DNA from: a virus | Strand: one strand, 5' to 3' | Length of the DNA: 64,000 bases | IMG/VR virus record: IMGVR_UViG_3300025684_000011 | Part shown: piece by piece, positions 38,468 through 47,709 of the stretch | How positions within the stretch are numbered: position 1 is the stretch's first letter | Layout of the letters: each line of letters starts with the position of its first letter | Made by a program: the position numbers and the translations under genes | The notes under the pieces: generated by a model | What the model saw: only the letters and a program-made list of their open reading frames with translations | Database searches by the model: none | Told to the model about the DNA's origin: nothing

Positions 38468-39583
38468 ATGAGTAATGAAAACTTTACAGATTTGCTCGGC
38501 TCTGTAACATTGTCTGAAGAGGTGCGTGATAATATCAACACCGCTTGGGATCAAAAACAGATTGAAACTCGTGAAGAAGTAACAGCAGAACTCCGTGAGG
38601 AATTTGCAACACGATATGAGCACGATAAAGGTCAACTCGTTGAAGCAATGGATAAATTGATTCAAGATACCATTTCTGGTGCTAGTGACGAGTTCAAGAA
38701 ACTACATGAAGATACTAAACAATCTCGTGTAAAATATGCTACTAAGATTAGTGAAGATGCGAAACTTCTACAAAAATTTGTTATGGAAACATTAGCAAAA
38801 GAAGTTAGTGAACTTAAATCTGATCGAGCCGCACAAAAAGAAAATTTTAAAGGCTTAGAAGAATTTGCCCTACGCAAATTAACTAATGAGCTTTCAGAGT
38901 TACACGAAGACCACAAACAATTAGTTGAAGCTCGTGTTAAACTAATTTCAGAAGGTCGTACTGCTATCGAAGAAGCAAGATCGCAATTTATTAAGAAAGC
39001 AAGTGAAAAGGTTAACAGCCTTGTAACTGAATCTTTTAAAACTGAATTGTCCTCGCTTAAAACTGATATCCGTGAAGCAAAAGAAAACAACTTTGGACGT
39101 AAAATTATGGAGGCTTTTGCCGCTGAATTTATGTCAAGTAAGTTTGCAGATGGAACAGCAGTAAGTGATCTTAATGGAAAAATTACTGAGATGGAAGTAA
39201 AATTAGCAAAAGCACATAAAGCTATTGCTGATAAAGAACATCTCATTACCGAATCAAATCGTTTACAGCGCCTAGCGGAAGATAAAATGACTAGATCTCG
39301 TATTATGCAAGAACTAAATGCTCCTTTATCAAAAGATAAAAGAGTTATTATGGATGAATTACTTGAGACAACTCCAACAAGTAAACTCAATGAAGCATTC
39401 CAAAAGTACTTGCCATCAGTTCTTAACGAAGAGGTCCGTAGAGACAAGAAAGTTATCGTTGAGGGTCAACAATCACAGAAGACTGTGGTTACCGGAAACA
39501 AACCAGCAAATAACGTAGACGAAGCACCAGTTGATGAAGTTGATTCAACTATTGCAGATCTTCGTAAACTAGCTGGACTCTAA
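38468..39583 (+). CDS. gp22: Prohead scaffolding protein
   Basis: 371-aa coiled coil between protease and capsid genes; ends LRKLAGL. Confidence 0.8.
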   Translation: MSNENFTDLLGSVTLSEEVRDNINTAWDQKQIETREEVTAELREEFATRYEHDKGQLVEAMDKLIQDTISGASDEFKKLHEDTKQSRVKYATKISEDAKLLQKFVMETLAKEVSELKSDRAAQKENFKGLEEFALRKLTNELSELHEDHKQLVEARVKLISEGRTAIEEARSQFIKKASEKVNSLVTESFKTELSSLKTDIREAKENNFGRKIMEAFAAEFMSSKFADGTAVSDLNGKITEMEVKLAKAHKAIADKEHLITESNRLQRLAEDKMTRSRIMQELNAPLSKDKRVIMDELLETTPTSKLNEAFQKYLPSVLNEEVRRDKKVIVEGQQSQKTVVTGNKPANNVDEAPVDEVDSTIADLRKLAGL

Positions 39584-39599
39584 AGAAGGAGACATTAAA

Positions 39600-40799
39600 A
39601 TGTCACAAGCTCTTTTTGAAGCTAAAAATTGGTCCGCAACTAAAGACGCCTTAACTGAAGGTCTTAACGGACAACGTAAAACTACAATGGAAGTTTGCTT
39701 AGAAAATACTAAAAGGTATTTGGCTGAGACAGCAACCACTGGTGCAACAGCATCTGGAAACGTAGCAGTACTTAACAAAGTAATTCTACCAGTAATCAGA
39801 CGTGTTATGCCAACAACCATCGCTAACGAATTAGTCGGTGTTCAACCTATGCAGGGACCTGTTTCTCAGATTCATACACTTCGTGTACGTTATGCTGAGG
39901 CAGCCGCCGCTTCTACAGCCGCAGACGGTGTAGTTGGTGCAGAGGTTGTTGCTGGTGATGAAGCATTATCACCATTTGCTATTGCTAACCAGTACTCAGG
40001 TGGTGCTGATGGTAAAGCAGACGCAACTGCTACTAAAGAGGGAACTGGTGGAAACAAAATGTCAATCCAGATCCTTAAAGAAACTGTAGAAGCTAAATCC
40101 AGAAAGCTATCAGCTCGTTGGACATTTGAAGCCGCTCAGGACGCACAAGCCATTCATGGTGTTGACGTTGAAGCTGAAATCATGGCCGCACTTGCTCAAG
40201 AAATTACTGCTGAAATTGACCAGGAAGTTATCCAGTCATTAACAGCACTTTCCGGATCTGCATTTGGTACATATGACCAAGCCGCAGTAAGTGGTACAGC
40301 TAACTTCGTAGGTGACGAGCATGCCGCTCTTGCAGTTCTAATTAACAGAGCCGCTAACGACATTGCTTCACGCACAAGACGTGGTGCAGGTAACTACATT
40401 GTTGTAAGCCCAACAGCTTTAACAATTCTACAATCTGCTACAACTTCAGCATTCGCTAGAACAACTGAAGGAACTTTTGAAGCACCAACAAATACTAAGT
40501 TTGTTGGAACACTTAACAGCTCAGTAAGAGTATACGTTAACCACTACAGTGGTGACGCGGCTCCTGTATTGATTGGTTATAAAGGTGCAAATGAAATGGA
40601 TGCTCCAGCATTCTATTGCCCATACATTCCATTGATGAGCTCAGGTGTTGTATTAGATCCTAACACATTCGAGCCAACTGTCAGCTTTATGACACGTTAC
40701 GGATATGTTGAGCTTTCTAACACAGCTTCATCTCTTGGTAACGCGGCTGATTATGTTAATAACATTGCAATCACAAGCGGTAACCTTTCTTTCATCTAG
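39600..40799 (+). CDS. gp23: Major capsid protein
   Basis: LVGVQPMQGP, VEAKSRKLSARWTFEAAQD, EITAEIDQE, FYCPYIPL and FMTRYG. Confidence 0.96.
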   Translation: MSQALFEAKNWSATKDALTEGLNGQRKTTMEVCLENTKRYLAETATTGATASGNVAVLNKVILPVIRRVMPTTIANELVGVQPMQGPVSQIHTLRVRYAEAAAASTAADGVVGAEVVAGDEALSPFAIANQYSGGADGKADATATKEGTGGNKMSIQILKETVEAKSRKLSARWTFEAAQDAQAIHGVDVEAEIMAALAQEITAEIDQEVIQSLTALSGSAFGTYDQAAVSGTANFVGDEHAALAVLINRAANDIASRTRRGAGNYIVVSPTALTILQSATTSAFARTTEGTFEAPTNTKFVGTLNSSVRVYVNHYSGDAAPVLIGYKGANEMDAPAFYCPYIPLMSSGVVLDPNTFEPTVSFMTRYGYVELSNTASSLGNAADYVNNIAITSGNLSFI

Positions 40800-40826
40800 T
40801 CCTAGACTAAGCGAAGAAAAAAAATT

Positions 40827-40858
40827 AAGCAGGGCTAGTTTTACTAGCTCTGCTTTTT
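40827..40858 (+). terminator. Intrinsic terminator after the capsid gene
   Basis: aagcagggctagt-ttt-actagctctgctt stem followed by a T-run. Confidence 0.85.
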
Positions 40859-40875
40859 CTTTGATAAATATTTCT

Positions 40876-41082
40876 ATGTTAGCATCTATGAAAGACAGAT
40901 TATCAAGAGCAAAAATTTGTCATGAGTGCGAGTTTTATACTAGATTTACAAAGCAATGCAAAGAGTGCGGTTGCTTGATCAACTTAAAAATATCATTTTC
41001 TCAAACTTCATGTCCAGTAGGTAAATGGAAATCAGTTGAAAATGGTAGTCAAACTAATTTAATTAAAAATTTTATCTCTTAA
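40876..41082 (+). CDS. Small Cys-rich metal-binding protein
   Basis: CHEC...CKECGC...CPVGKW; start reassigned to ATG at 40876, downstream of the terminator. Confidence 0.7.
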   Translation: MLASMKDRLSRAKICHECEFYTRFTKQCKECGCLINLKISFSQTSCPVGKWKSVENGSQTNLIKNFIS

Positions 41083-41130
41083 AAAATTAACTCAAACGGT
41101 AAATAGCATGAAGAACATGGGAGATTTATT

Positions 41131-41616
41131 ATGCCTAAATTAAGCACATATGACGACAGTGGATTTGATACATCTATTAGTATTAAAAGCAAAAATAAAC
41201 TAGCTACAAGCGATAGCCTAGCAATGGTTGCAGGCGATAACAGAAATGTTACAATAGATGTTGCCGCAAGCAGAGCGGCCACTGATAATGCCGCCGCAGT
41301 AACTACTGCCGGAGGAGCTGAAACAACTATTAAGAATACCAACGAGAATTGGGTAAACAGTAAATGGAGACCTATGATGGGTTGGGTATACATGGGAACA
41401 TGTATTTTTGATTTTATATTAGCACCAATTGGTTGGGGAATACTACAAACAATGGGAGCAGGGTCCGGAGGACAAGTAGCAGTACAATGGGCTCCTCTAA
41501 CATTACAAGGAGCAGGACTTTATCATGTTGCAATGGGTGCCGTTATTGGTGTAACAGCATTTGGTAGAACTAAAGAAAAGACTACAGCAACATCTGCATT
41601 AGGAAAACTAAAGTAA
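41131..41616 (+). CDS. Holin-like protein (GTA 3TM holin type)
   Basis: WVNSKWRPMMGWVYM motif, two hydrophobic segments and GRTKEK C-terminus. Confidence 0.7.
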   Translation: MPKLSTYDDSGFDTSISIKSKNKLATSDSLAMVAGDNRNVTIDVAASRAATDNAAAVTTAGGAETTIKNTNENWVNSKWRPMMGWVYMGTCIFDFILAPIGWGILQTMGAGSGGQVAVQWAPLTLQGAGLYHVAMGAVIGVTAFGRTKEKTTATSALGKLK

Positions 41617-41617
41617 T

Positions 41618-43651
41618 ATGGCAATCAAGACTAATCAAACAACAGATACACTAACTCCAAGTACTGGTACTATAATAGTAAACTCTACTGGAGCATTAGA
41701 AGTACCTACAGGTAATACACTTCAAAGACCGGTAACACCGGGTGCAGGTGCCTTGCGTTTTGATTCTAGTTCTTCTACATTAGATATATTTGATGGATCA
41801 TTATGGAATACATTAGTTTCTTTGTCTTATGTTGATACAACTGCAACAAACTTGCAAACACAGATTAATAATATTGTTAGCAACTTAGATCCTGCAACAT
41901 TAGATTCTTTAACAGAAATCGTTACCGCTTTTCAAAGCGAAGATAACACATTACTTTCTTTGATTAATACTGCTAATACGAATATTAGTGCAGTACAAAC
42001 AGGCTTAACACAAGAAATTAGTAATAGACAGTTTGCAGATACACTTGCAACCAACGCAAGAGCAACAGAAGTTACTAATAGGACCAATGCTGATACATTA
42101 TTACAAACTAATATAACAGCAGAAGAAACTGCTCGTATAGCACAAGACAATCAATTAGCAATAGATATTCAGCAAGAAAAATCAGATAGACAAACTGCTA
42201 TTTCTACAGTAAATACTTCAATTACTAACAAAGAAACTGCTCGTATTGCCGCAGATGCAATTCATACTGCTAACATTACAACACTTTCTGGAGACTTAAA
42301 CACAGAAATATCTGACAGACAAACTGCAATTACTACCGAAGCCAATGCTCGTATTGCTGGCGATGCCGCAAACGGTGCTAATATTAGCACATTAACAACA
42401 AACTTAGCAACCGAAGTAACTGACAGAACAAACGCAGACACTACATTACAAAATAATATTGATAGTAACAGTCTAAGTATATCACAAGAAATACAAGACA
42501 GATCAGCCGCTGATACAACATTACAAACTAATCTTGATACAGAAATAATTGATAGAACAAATGCTGATACAACATTACAAACTAATATTGATACAGAAGA
42601 AACTGATAGAATAGCCGCTGATACAGCATTACAAACTAGTATTACTACTAATACAACAAATTTAGCAACTGAAGTAACTGACAGAACAAACGCAGACACT
42701 ACATTACAAAATAATATTGATGCTGAAGAAACTGCTCGTATTGCCGGAGATGCTGGCTTACAAACAACCATTGATAACTTAGAACTAAGTGATCTAACAG
42801 ATGTAACTAACACTTCTCCAACAGACGGGCAGATGCTTAGTTATGATGGTACAACAGGCAACTTTAGACCACAAACAGTAGCACTTGCTCCTGTTAATAA
42901 AAACTATGTTGGTGACGGAACAACTTTACAATTTGATTTAGGACAAGATGTTCCAAGCCCAAACAATCTTGTTGTAGTAGTTGATGGAATTGCACAGAAA
43001 CCTTTGTATAGTTATGTTGTTACCAACGGAGATAAGTTAGTATTTGACGAAGCTCCTGAGAGCGGATCTATAGTTGAAGTTAGAATATTAGTAGGACAAT
43101 CCACAACTGATAGACCTAGGCCTAAAATTTCAAACATTGCATACTCAGAAACCGCCGCTCCAGTTTTTAATCTTATTACATTTAATGTTACAGAGATGAC
43201 TTATGGATTTGGTGCTAAAATAGGAACGGTTCCTATTGCACATATTGAATATCCATCAGCTGGATCTATGCAATTAAAAACTGCTGAAACGTTTACTGGA
43301 AATCAATCTATTACATTAATTGATAATAGCGGAAACGAATTTGTATTCGAAGATGCGTTTGCAGAACCAGATGGGACTTCCAATCCATTATGGACCGATG
43401 CAAGAAAATTTATTGGTACTTTTAGTGCTGGAGACAGCATTAATTACGCAATAGGTGTAAATAACACGTCAACATTGACTCTGGGTGCAACATCATCCCA
43501 GGAAACTGCTCCGACTTGGTTGTCGATTAGCGGTTTGACTCTTGTAGGAACTGCACCAACATTGAGCAGTCCTTGCAGATACGAGTTCCAAATAATTGCA
43601 ACAATAGGCAGTAAGAGTATATCTCGTAATTATTGGCTTGTTGTAATTTAA
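41618..43651 (+). CDS. Fibre protein with long coiled-coil repeats
   Basis: Repeated E(E)TARIAAD / DRTNADTTLQ.NID units; LSDLTDV; GDGTTLQFDL...VDGIAQKP domain. Confidence 0.75.
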   Translation: MAIKTNQTTDTLTPSTGTIIVNSTGALEVPTGNTLQRPVTPGAGALRFDSSSSTLDIFDGSLWNTLVSLSYVDTTATNLQTQINNIVSNLDPATLDSLTEIVTAFQSEDNTLLSLINTANTNISAVQTGLTQEISNRQFADTLATNARATEVTNRTNADTLLQTNITAEETARIAQDNQLAIDIQQEKSDRQTAISTVNTSITNKETARIAADAIHTANITTLSGDLNTEISDRQTAITTEANARIAGDAANGANISTLTTNLATEVTDRTNADTTLQNNIDSNSLSISQEIQDRSAADTTLQTNLDTEIIDRTNADTTLQTNIDTEETDRIAADTALQTSITTNTTNLATEVTDRTNADTTLQNNIDAEETARIAGDAGLQTTIDNLELSDLTDVTNTSPTDGQMLSYDGTTGNFRPQTVALAPVNKNYVGDGTTLQFDLGQDVPSPNNLVVVVDGIAQKPLYSYVVTNGDKLVFDEAPESGSIVEVRILVGQSTTDRPRPKISNIAYSETAAPVFNLITFNVTEMTYGFGAKIGTVPIAHIEYPSAGSMQLKTAETFTGNQSITLIDNSGNEFVFEDAFAEPDGTSNPLWTDARKFIGTFSAGDSINYAIGVNNTSTLTLGATSSQETAPTWLSISGLTLVGTAPTLSSPCRYEFQIIATIGSKSISRNYWLVVI

Positions 43652-43770
43652 AAAATCATTTATATAACGGAAAATATTTTCCTAATCCCTTATTGGGTCT
43701 AACCAATTTAATTTTAGACAACTACAAATGACGCATGAGTGTCATTTCTTAATAATAAGGAAAAGAAAAC

Positions 43771-46700
43771 ATGCCTTTAATTAAAGCACGTTCGAGTTCG
43801 TTAATAAACTCAATTGATTTAAGAGGTACTCCGACTGCCGCTACTGCCGCCGCTGGTACATCAACTACCCAGCTCGCGTCAACAGGCTTCGTAACAACAG
43901 AAATTAGCAACTTAGTTAACGCCGCACCTACTCTTCTAGATACACTAGACGAATTAGCCGCGGCAATTGGTGATGATGCCAGTTTCTCTACCACGATGAC
44001 AACAGCACTATCGGAAAAAGTAGCATTAGCAGGTGGTACAATGACTGGAGCATTAGTGCTCTCAGGTGCACCAGCCAATGACCTCGAAGCATCAACAAAG
44101 AAATATGTTGATGATGGATTATTAGCTCAGCTAATTTCTTCAACAGACGATGTTTCAGAAGGAACAAACAATCTTTATCATACAACTGCAAGAGTAAGAG
44201 CAGGAATTACTTTATCATCAGATAACACTACAGTATTAGATTACGATAGTGCCACTGGTGTTATTTCATATGCTCATCCTACTACTGCTGGTATTATAGA
44301 AGATGCATCAAACTTGTACTATACAGATGCTCGTGTTAGAGCCGCTATCTCATTAACAACAACAGATAGCACAATTTTATCTTATAGTAATACAACTGGT
44401 GCATTTACTTTCGCAGAGCAAGATACTGATAAAGTTGATGAAGGTTCATCAAATCTATACTTTACAACTGCAAGAGCGAGAACTTCTGTAAGTGCAGGTA
44501 CTAACGTTACATACAACTCAGCTACTGGTGTTATTTCAGCAGACGGTGCGGTTGTTAGTGTTAACGGTGCTGACGGTATTGTTACAATAGGAACAGATGA
44601 TGTAGATGAAGGTTCAAGTAACTTATACTTTTCAGAAACTAGAGCAAGAAATGCTATTAGTTTAACAAGTACTGATACAAACACACTATCTTATAGTGCT
44701 GGAAGTGGTGTACTTACATATACAAAACCAAATTCAGATGGTATTGCAGAAGGTACAACTAACCTTTACTTTCTTGACAGTAGAGCAAGAGCCGCAATTA
44801 GTGCCTCTGGAGATGTTGCTTACAACTCAACTAGTGGTGTAATTACATTTAACATGTCTGATCACGATACTGATGATTTAGCTGAAGGTACAACTAACCT
44901 TTACTTTCTTAACAGTAGAGCAAGAGGTGCAATTAGTGTAACAGGATCTTTAGCATACAATTCTACAACTGGTGTTATTTCTTACACAACTCCAGATACT
45001 GACGGTGTTGCTGAAGGTAGTTTAAACCTTTACTATCTTGATAGTAGAGCAAGAGCTTCAATTAGTGCAAGTGGTGATTTAAGTTACGTTTCTAGTACAG
45101 GTATTATGTCTTATACAACTCCAGATTCAGATGGTATTACTGAAGGTTCAACTAACCTTTACTATCTTGATAGTAGAGCAAGAGCCGCAATTTCTGTAAC
45201 AGGTGATTTGACATACAATGGTACAACAGGTGCAATTGGTTTTGCATTAGCAGATCATACAACAGCCGACTTAGCTGAAGGAACTAACCTTTACTATCTT
45301 GATAGTAGAGCAAGAGCCGCTATTTCAGTTTCAGGTTCCGCATTAGCATATGATAATACAACTGGTGTTCTTTCTACAAACGCATTAGTAGCAAGTGTTA
45401 ACACTAAAACTGGTGTTGTAACATTAACTACAGATGATATTAACGAAGGTTCATCTAACTTGTACTATACAGATGCTCGTGTTAGATCTGCTGTTTCATT
45501 AACTTCAGACGATACTACTGTTCTGTCATATAGTTCAGGAACTGGTGCATTTACATACGCCAAGCCTAACACAGACAAAATCAGTGAAGGTACAAGTAAC
45601 TTGTATTTCTCAGATGCTAGAGCAAGAGCCGCATTTTCTGAAGGAACAGGTGTATCAATTACAGCTGGAGAAATTGCTATCGGTCAGGCCGTTGCTACAA
45701 CAGACAATGTTACATTTAATGACCTTGTTGTTGATGGTGACTTAACTATCAATGGTACAACAACTACCGTTAATACAGCAACATTAGATGTTGAAGATAT
45801 TAACATTACAGTAGCAAAAGGTGCCGCATCAGCGGCGGCCGCTAACGGTGCTGGTTTAACAGTTGATGGTGCCGCGGCAACTATCTTGTATGTTTCTGCA
45901 ACTGACACTTGGGACTTTAACAAAGACGTTAAAGGAACATTTATTGGTGATTTAACTGGTGATGTTGTTGGTGATTTAACTGGTGATGTAACTGGTACAG
46001 TTTCAGACATTAGTAATCATGACACAGCTGACTTAGCTGAAGGAACTAACCTTTACTATCTTGATAGTAGAGCAAGAGCCGCTATTAGTGTAAACTCAAC
46101 CGAACTAGGTTATGACAACGCAACAGGTGTTATAACATATACTCAAGGTAATACTGATGGTGTTGCTGAAGGTTCAACTAACCTTTACTATCTTGACAGT
46201 AGAGCAAGAGGTGCAATTAGTGTATCAGGCGATATGACCTACAACTCTACAACAGGCGTTATTGGTTTTGCATTAGCAGATCATACAACAACTGATCTAA
46301 CAGAAGGTGATAACAAGTATTACACAGATGCAAGAGCAAGAGCTTCTATTTCCGTTACAGGTGATTTAGCTTATGTAGCAGGAACAGGTGTTATTTCTTA
46401 CTCAACACCAGACACAGACGGAGTTACAGAAGGAACAAATAACCTTTACTACACAGATGCTCGTGTTAGAGCGGCTATTAGTGGTAGTGGTGACATTGTG
46501 TATGATAGTGCAACAGGTGACTTTGCATACTCAACTCCAGATACTGACGGTGTAGACGAAGGAACAAGTAACCTTTATCATACAACTGCTAGAGCAAGAG
46601 CAACAATAAGTGCAAGTGATGACTTAACTTATGATAGTGCAACTGGTGTCATGACATTTAAGATGTCTGATCATGATACTGATGATTTATCTGAAGGTAC

Positions 46701-47595
46701 AGCTAACTTGTACTACACAGATGCAAGAGTACATAGTGCGATTTCATTAACATCAGATGATCAGGATATTATGTCTTATGATAACGCAGGTGGATTCACA
46801 TTTGCTATCGGCAACATGGATACTGATGATGTTACTGAAGGTACATCAAGTCTATACTTTACAACTGCTAGAGCAAGAGCTTCTGTAAGTGCTGGTAGTA
46901 ACATTAGCTATGATAGTGCAACTGGTGTTATTTCAACATTAGCCGCAGTTCAGAGTGTTAATGGTGCAACTGGTGTTGTTACAATAGGAACTGATGACGT
47001 AGATGAGGGATCAAGCAATCTTTACTATACAGATGCAAGAGCCCAAGCCTCTATTACAATGGTTACTGATGATACAACAATTCTAAGTTATGCTTCAGGT
47101 ACTGGAACAATAACATATGTAACTCCGGATACAGATGCTATTAATGAAGGTTCTGTTAACGAATACTTTACCAATGCAAGAGCTGATGCTCGTATTGCCG
47201 CGGCAAGCCTTGATGACTTATCAGATGTTGATACAGGTACTCCCGCTGACGGTGCCGCTCTTGTTTGGAGTTCATCAGGTCAGAAGTATGTAACAACCGA
47301 CTTATCAACTACAACTACAGCCGCTAACTTTACAGCTAACGGTACTGATACAGACTTTGACTTAACCAATGTTGTAGTCGACTCAATCGAAAATACCACC
47401 GTGTTTATTAACGGTATTTTCCAAGCACCAACATATTCATACACTATTTCAAATGATGGTACTGATACTACTATTTCGTTTGATGCCGCTCCAGAAGCTA
47501 ACGACATTGTTACAGTTCGTTATATTTTAGGTGGAACATTGAATACTGATGGTATACTTAACGAAAGCTCAACAATTGATGGTGGTACTTACTAA
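43771..47595 (+). CDS. Long repeat-rich fibre protein
   Basis: About 20 units of TD.(V/L).EG.TNLY(Y/F)..(S/A)RARAAIS; ends IDGGTY. Confidence 0.8.
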   Translation: MPLIKARSSSLINSIDLRGTPTAATAAAGTSTTQLASTGFVTTEISNLVNAAPTLLDTLDELAAAIGDDASFSTTMTTALSEKVALAGGTMTGALVLSGAPANDLEASTKKYVDDGLLAQLISSTDDVSEGTNNLYHTTARVRAGITLSSDNTTVLDYDSATGVISYAHPTTAGIIEDASNLYYTDARVRAAISLTTTDSTILSYSNTTGAFTFAEQDTDKVDEGSSNLYFTTARARTSVSAGTNVTYNSATGVISADGAVVSVNGADGIVTIGTDDVDEGSSNLYFSETRARNAISLTSTDTNTLSYSAGSGVLTYTKPNSDGIAEGTTNLYFLDSRARAAISASGDVAYNSTSGVITFNMSDHDTDDLAEGTTNLYFLNSRARGAISVTGSLAYNSTTGVISYTTPDTDGVAEGSLNLYYLDSRARASISASGDLSYVSSTGIMSYTTPDSDGITEGSTNLYYLDSRARAAISVTGDLTYNGTTGAIGFALADHTTADLAEGTNLYYLDSRARAAISVSGSALAYDNTTGVLSTNALVASVNTKTGVVTLTTDDINEGSSNLYYTDARVRSAVSLTSDDTTVLSYSSGTGAFTYAKPNTDKISEGTSNLYFSDARARAAFSEGTGVSITAGEIAIGQAVATTDNVTFNDLVVDGDLTINGTTTTVNTATLDVEDINITVAKGAASAAAANGAGLTVDGAAATILYVSATDTWDFNKDVKGTFIGDLTGDVVGDLTGDVTGTVSDISNHDTADLAEGTNLYYLDSRARAAISVNSTELGYDNATGVITYTQGNTDGVAEGSTNLYYLDSRARGAISVSGDMTYNSTTGVIGFALADHTTTDLTEGDNKYYTDARARASISVTGDLAYVAGTGVISYSTPDTDGVTEGTNNLYYTDARVRAAISGSGDIVYDSATGDFAYSTPDTDGVDEGTSNLYHTTARARATISASDDLTYDSATGVMTFKMSDHDTDDLSEGTANLYYTDARVHSAISLTSDDQDIMSYDNAGGFTFAIGNMDTDDVTEGTSSLYFTTARARASVSAGSNISYDSATGVISTLAAVQSVNGATGVVTIGTDDVDEGSSNLYYTDARAQASITMVTDDTTILSYASGTGTITYVTPDTDAINEGSVNEYFTNARADARIAAASLDDLSDVDTGTPADGAALVWSSSGQKYVTTDLSTTTTAANFTANGTDTDFDLTNVVVDSIENTTVFINGIFQAPTYSYTISNDGTDTTISFDAAPEANDIVTVRYILGGTLNTDGILNESSTIDGGTY
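44761..46212 (+). repeat. Near-identical ~30-bp intragenic repeats (aacctttactatcttgatagtagagcaagag)
   Basis: Copies with 0-3 mismatches near 44761, 44896, 45025, 45154, 45286, 46048 and 46180. Confidence 0.8.
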
Positions 47596-47619
47596 TCATT
47601 AATTAGAGTTAGATTTACT

Positions 47620-47649
47620 GAATAAGGGGCTTTATGCCCCTTATTCTTT
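47620..47649 (+). terminator. Intrinsic terminator, possibly bidirectional
   Basis: gaataaggggc-tttat-gccccttattc followed by ttt. Confidence 0.8.
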
Positions 47650-47709
47650 GACACAATTATATAGAAAAGACATAAATACCTTGTATACTATTACTCAAAG
47701 GATAAATGC

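Noticed and set aside
40705-40875. Longer 125-aa version of the Cys-rich ORF
   Set aside because: It would overlap the capsid gene and span its terminator; ATG 40876 is the better start
44761-46212. Regularly spaced ~30-bp repeats resembling a CRISPR array
   Set aside because: They are in frame within a fibre CDS, the spacers are about 100 nt and homologous to each other, and no cas genes are present
47648-47678. TTGACA at 47648 as a sigma70 promoter
   Set aside because: The 17-nt-spaced -10 (CATAAA) is poor and TTGACA overlaps the terminator T-run; the TAAATA late box explains the site better
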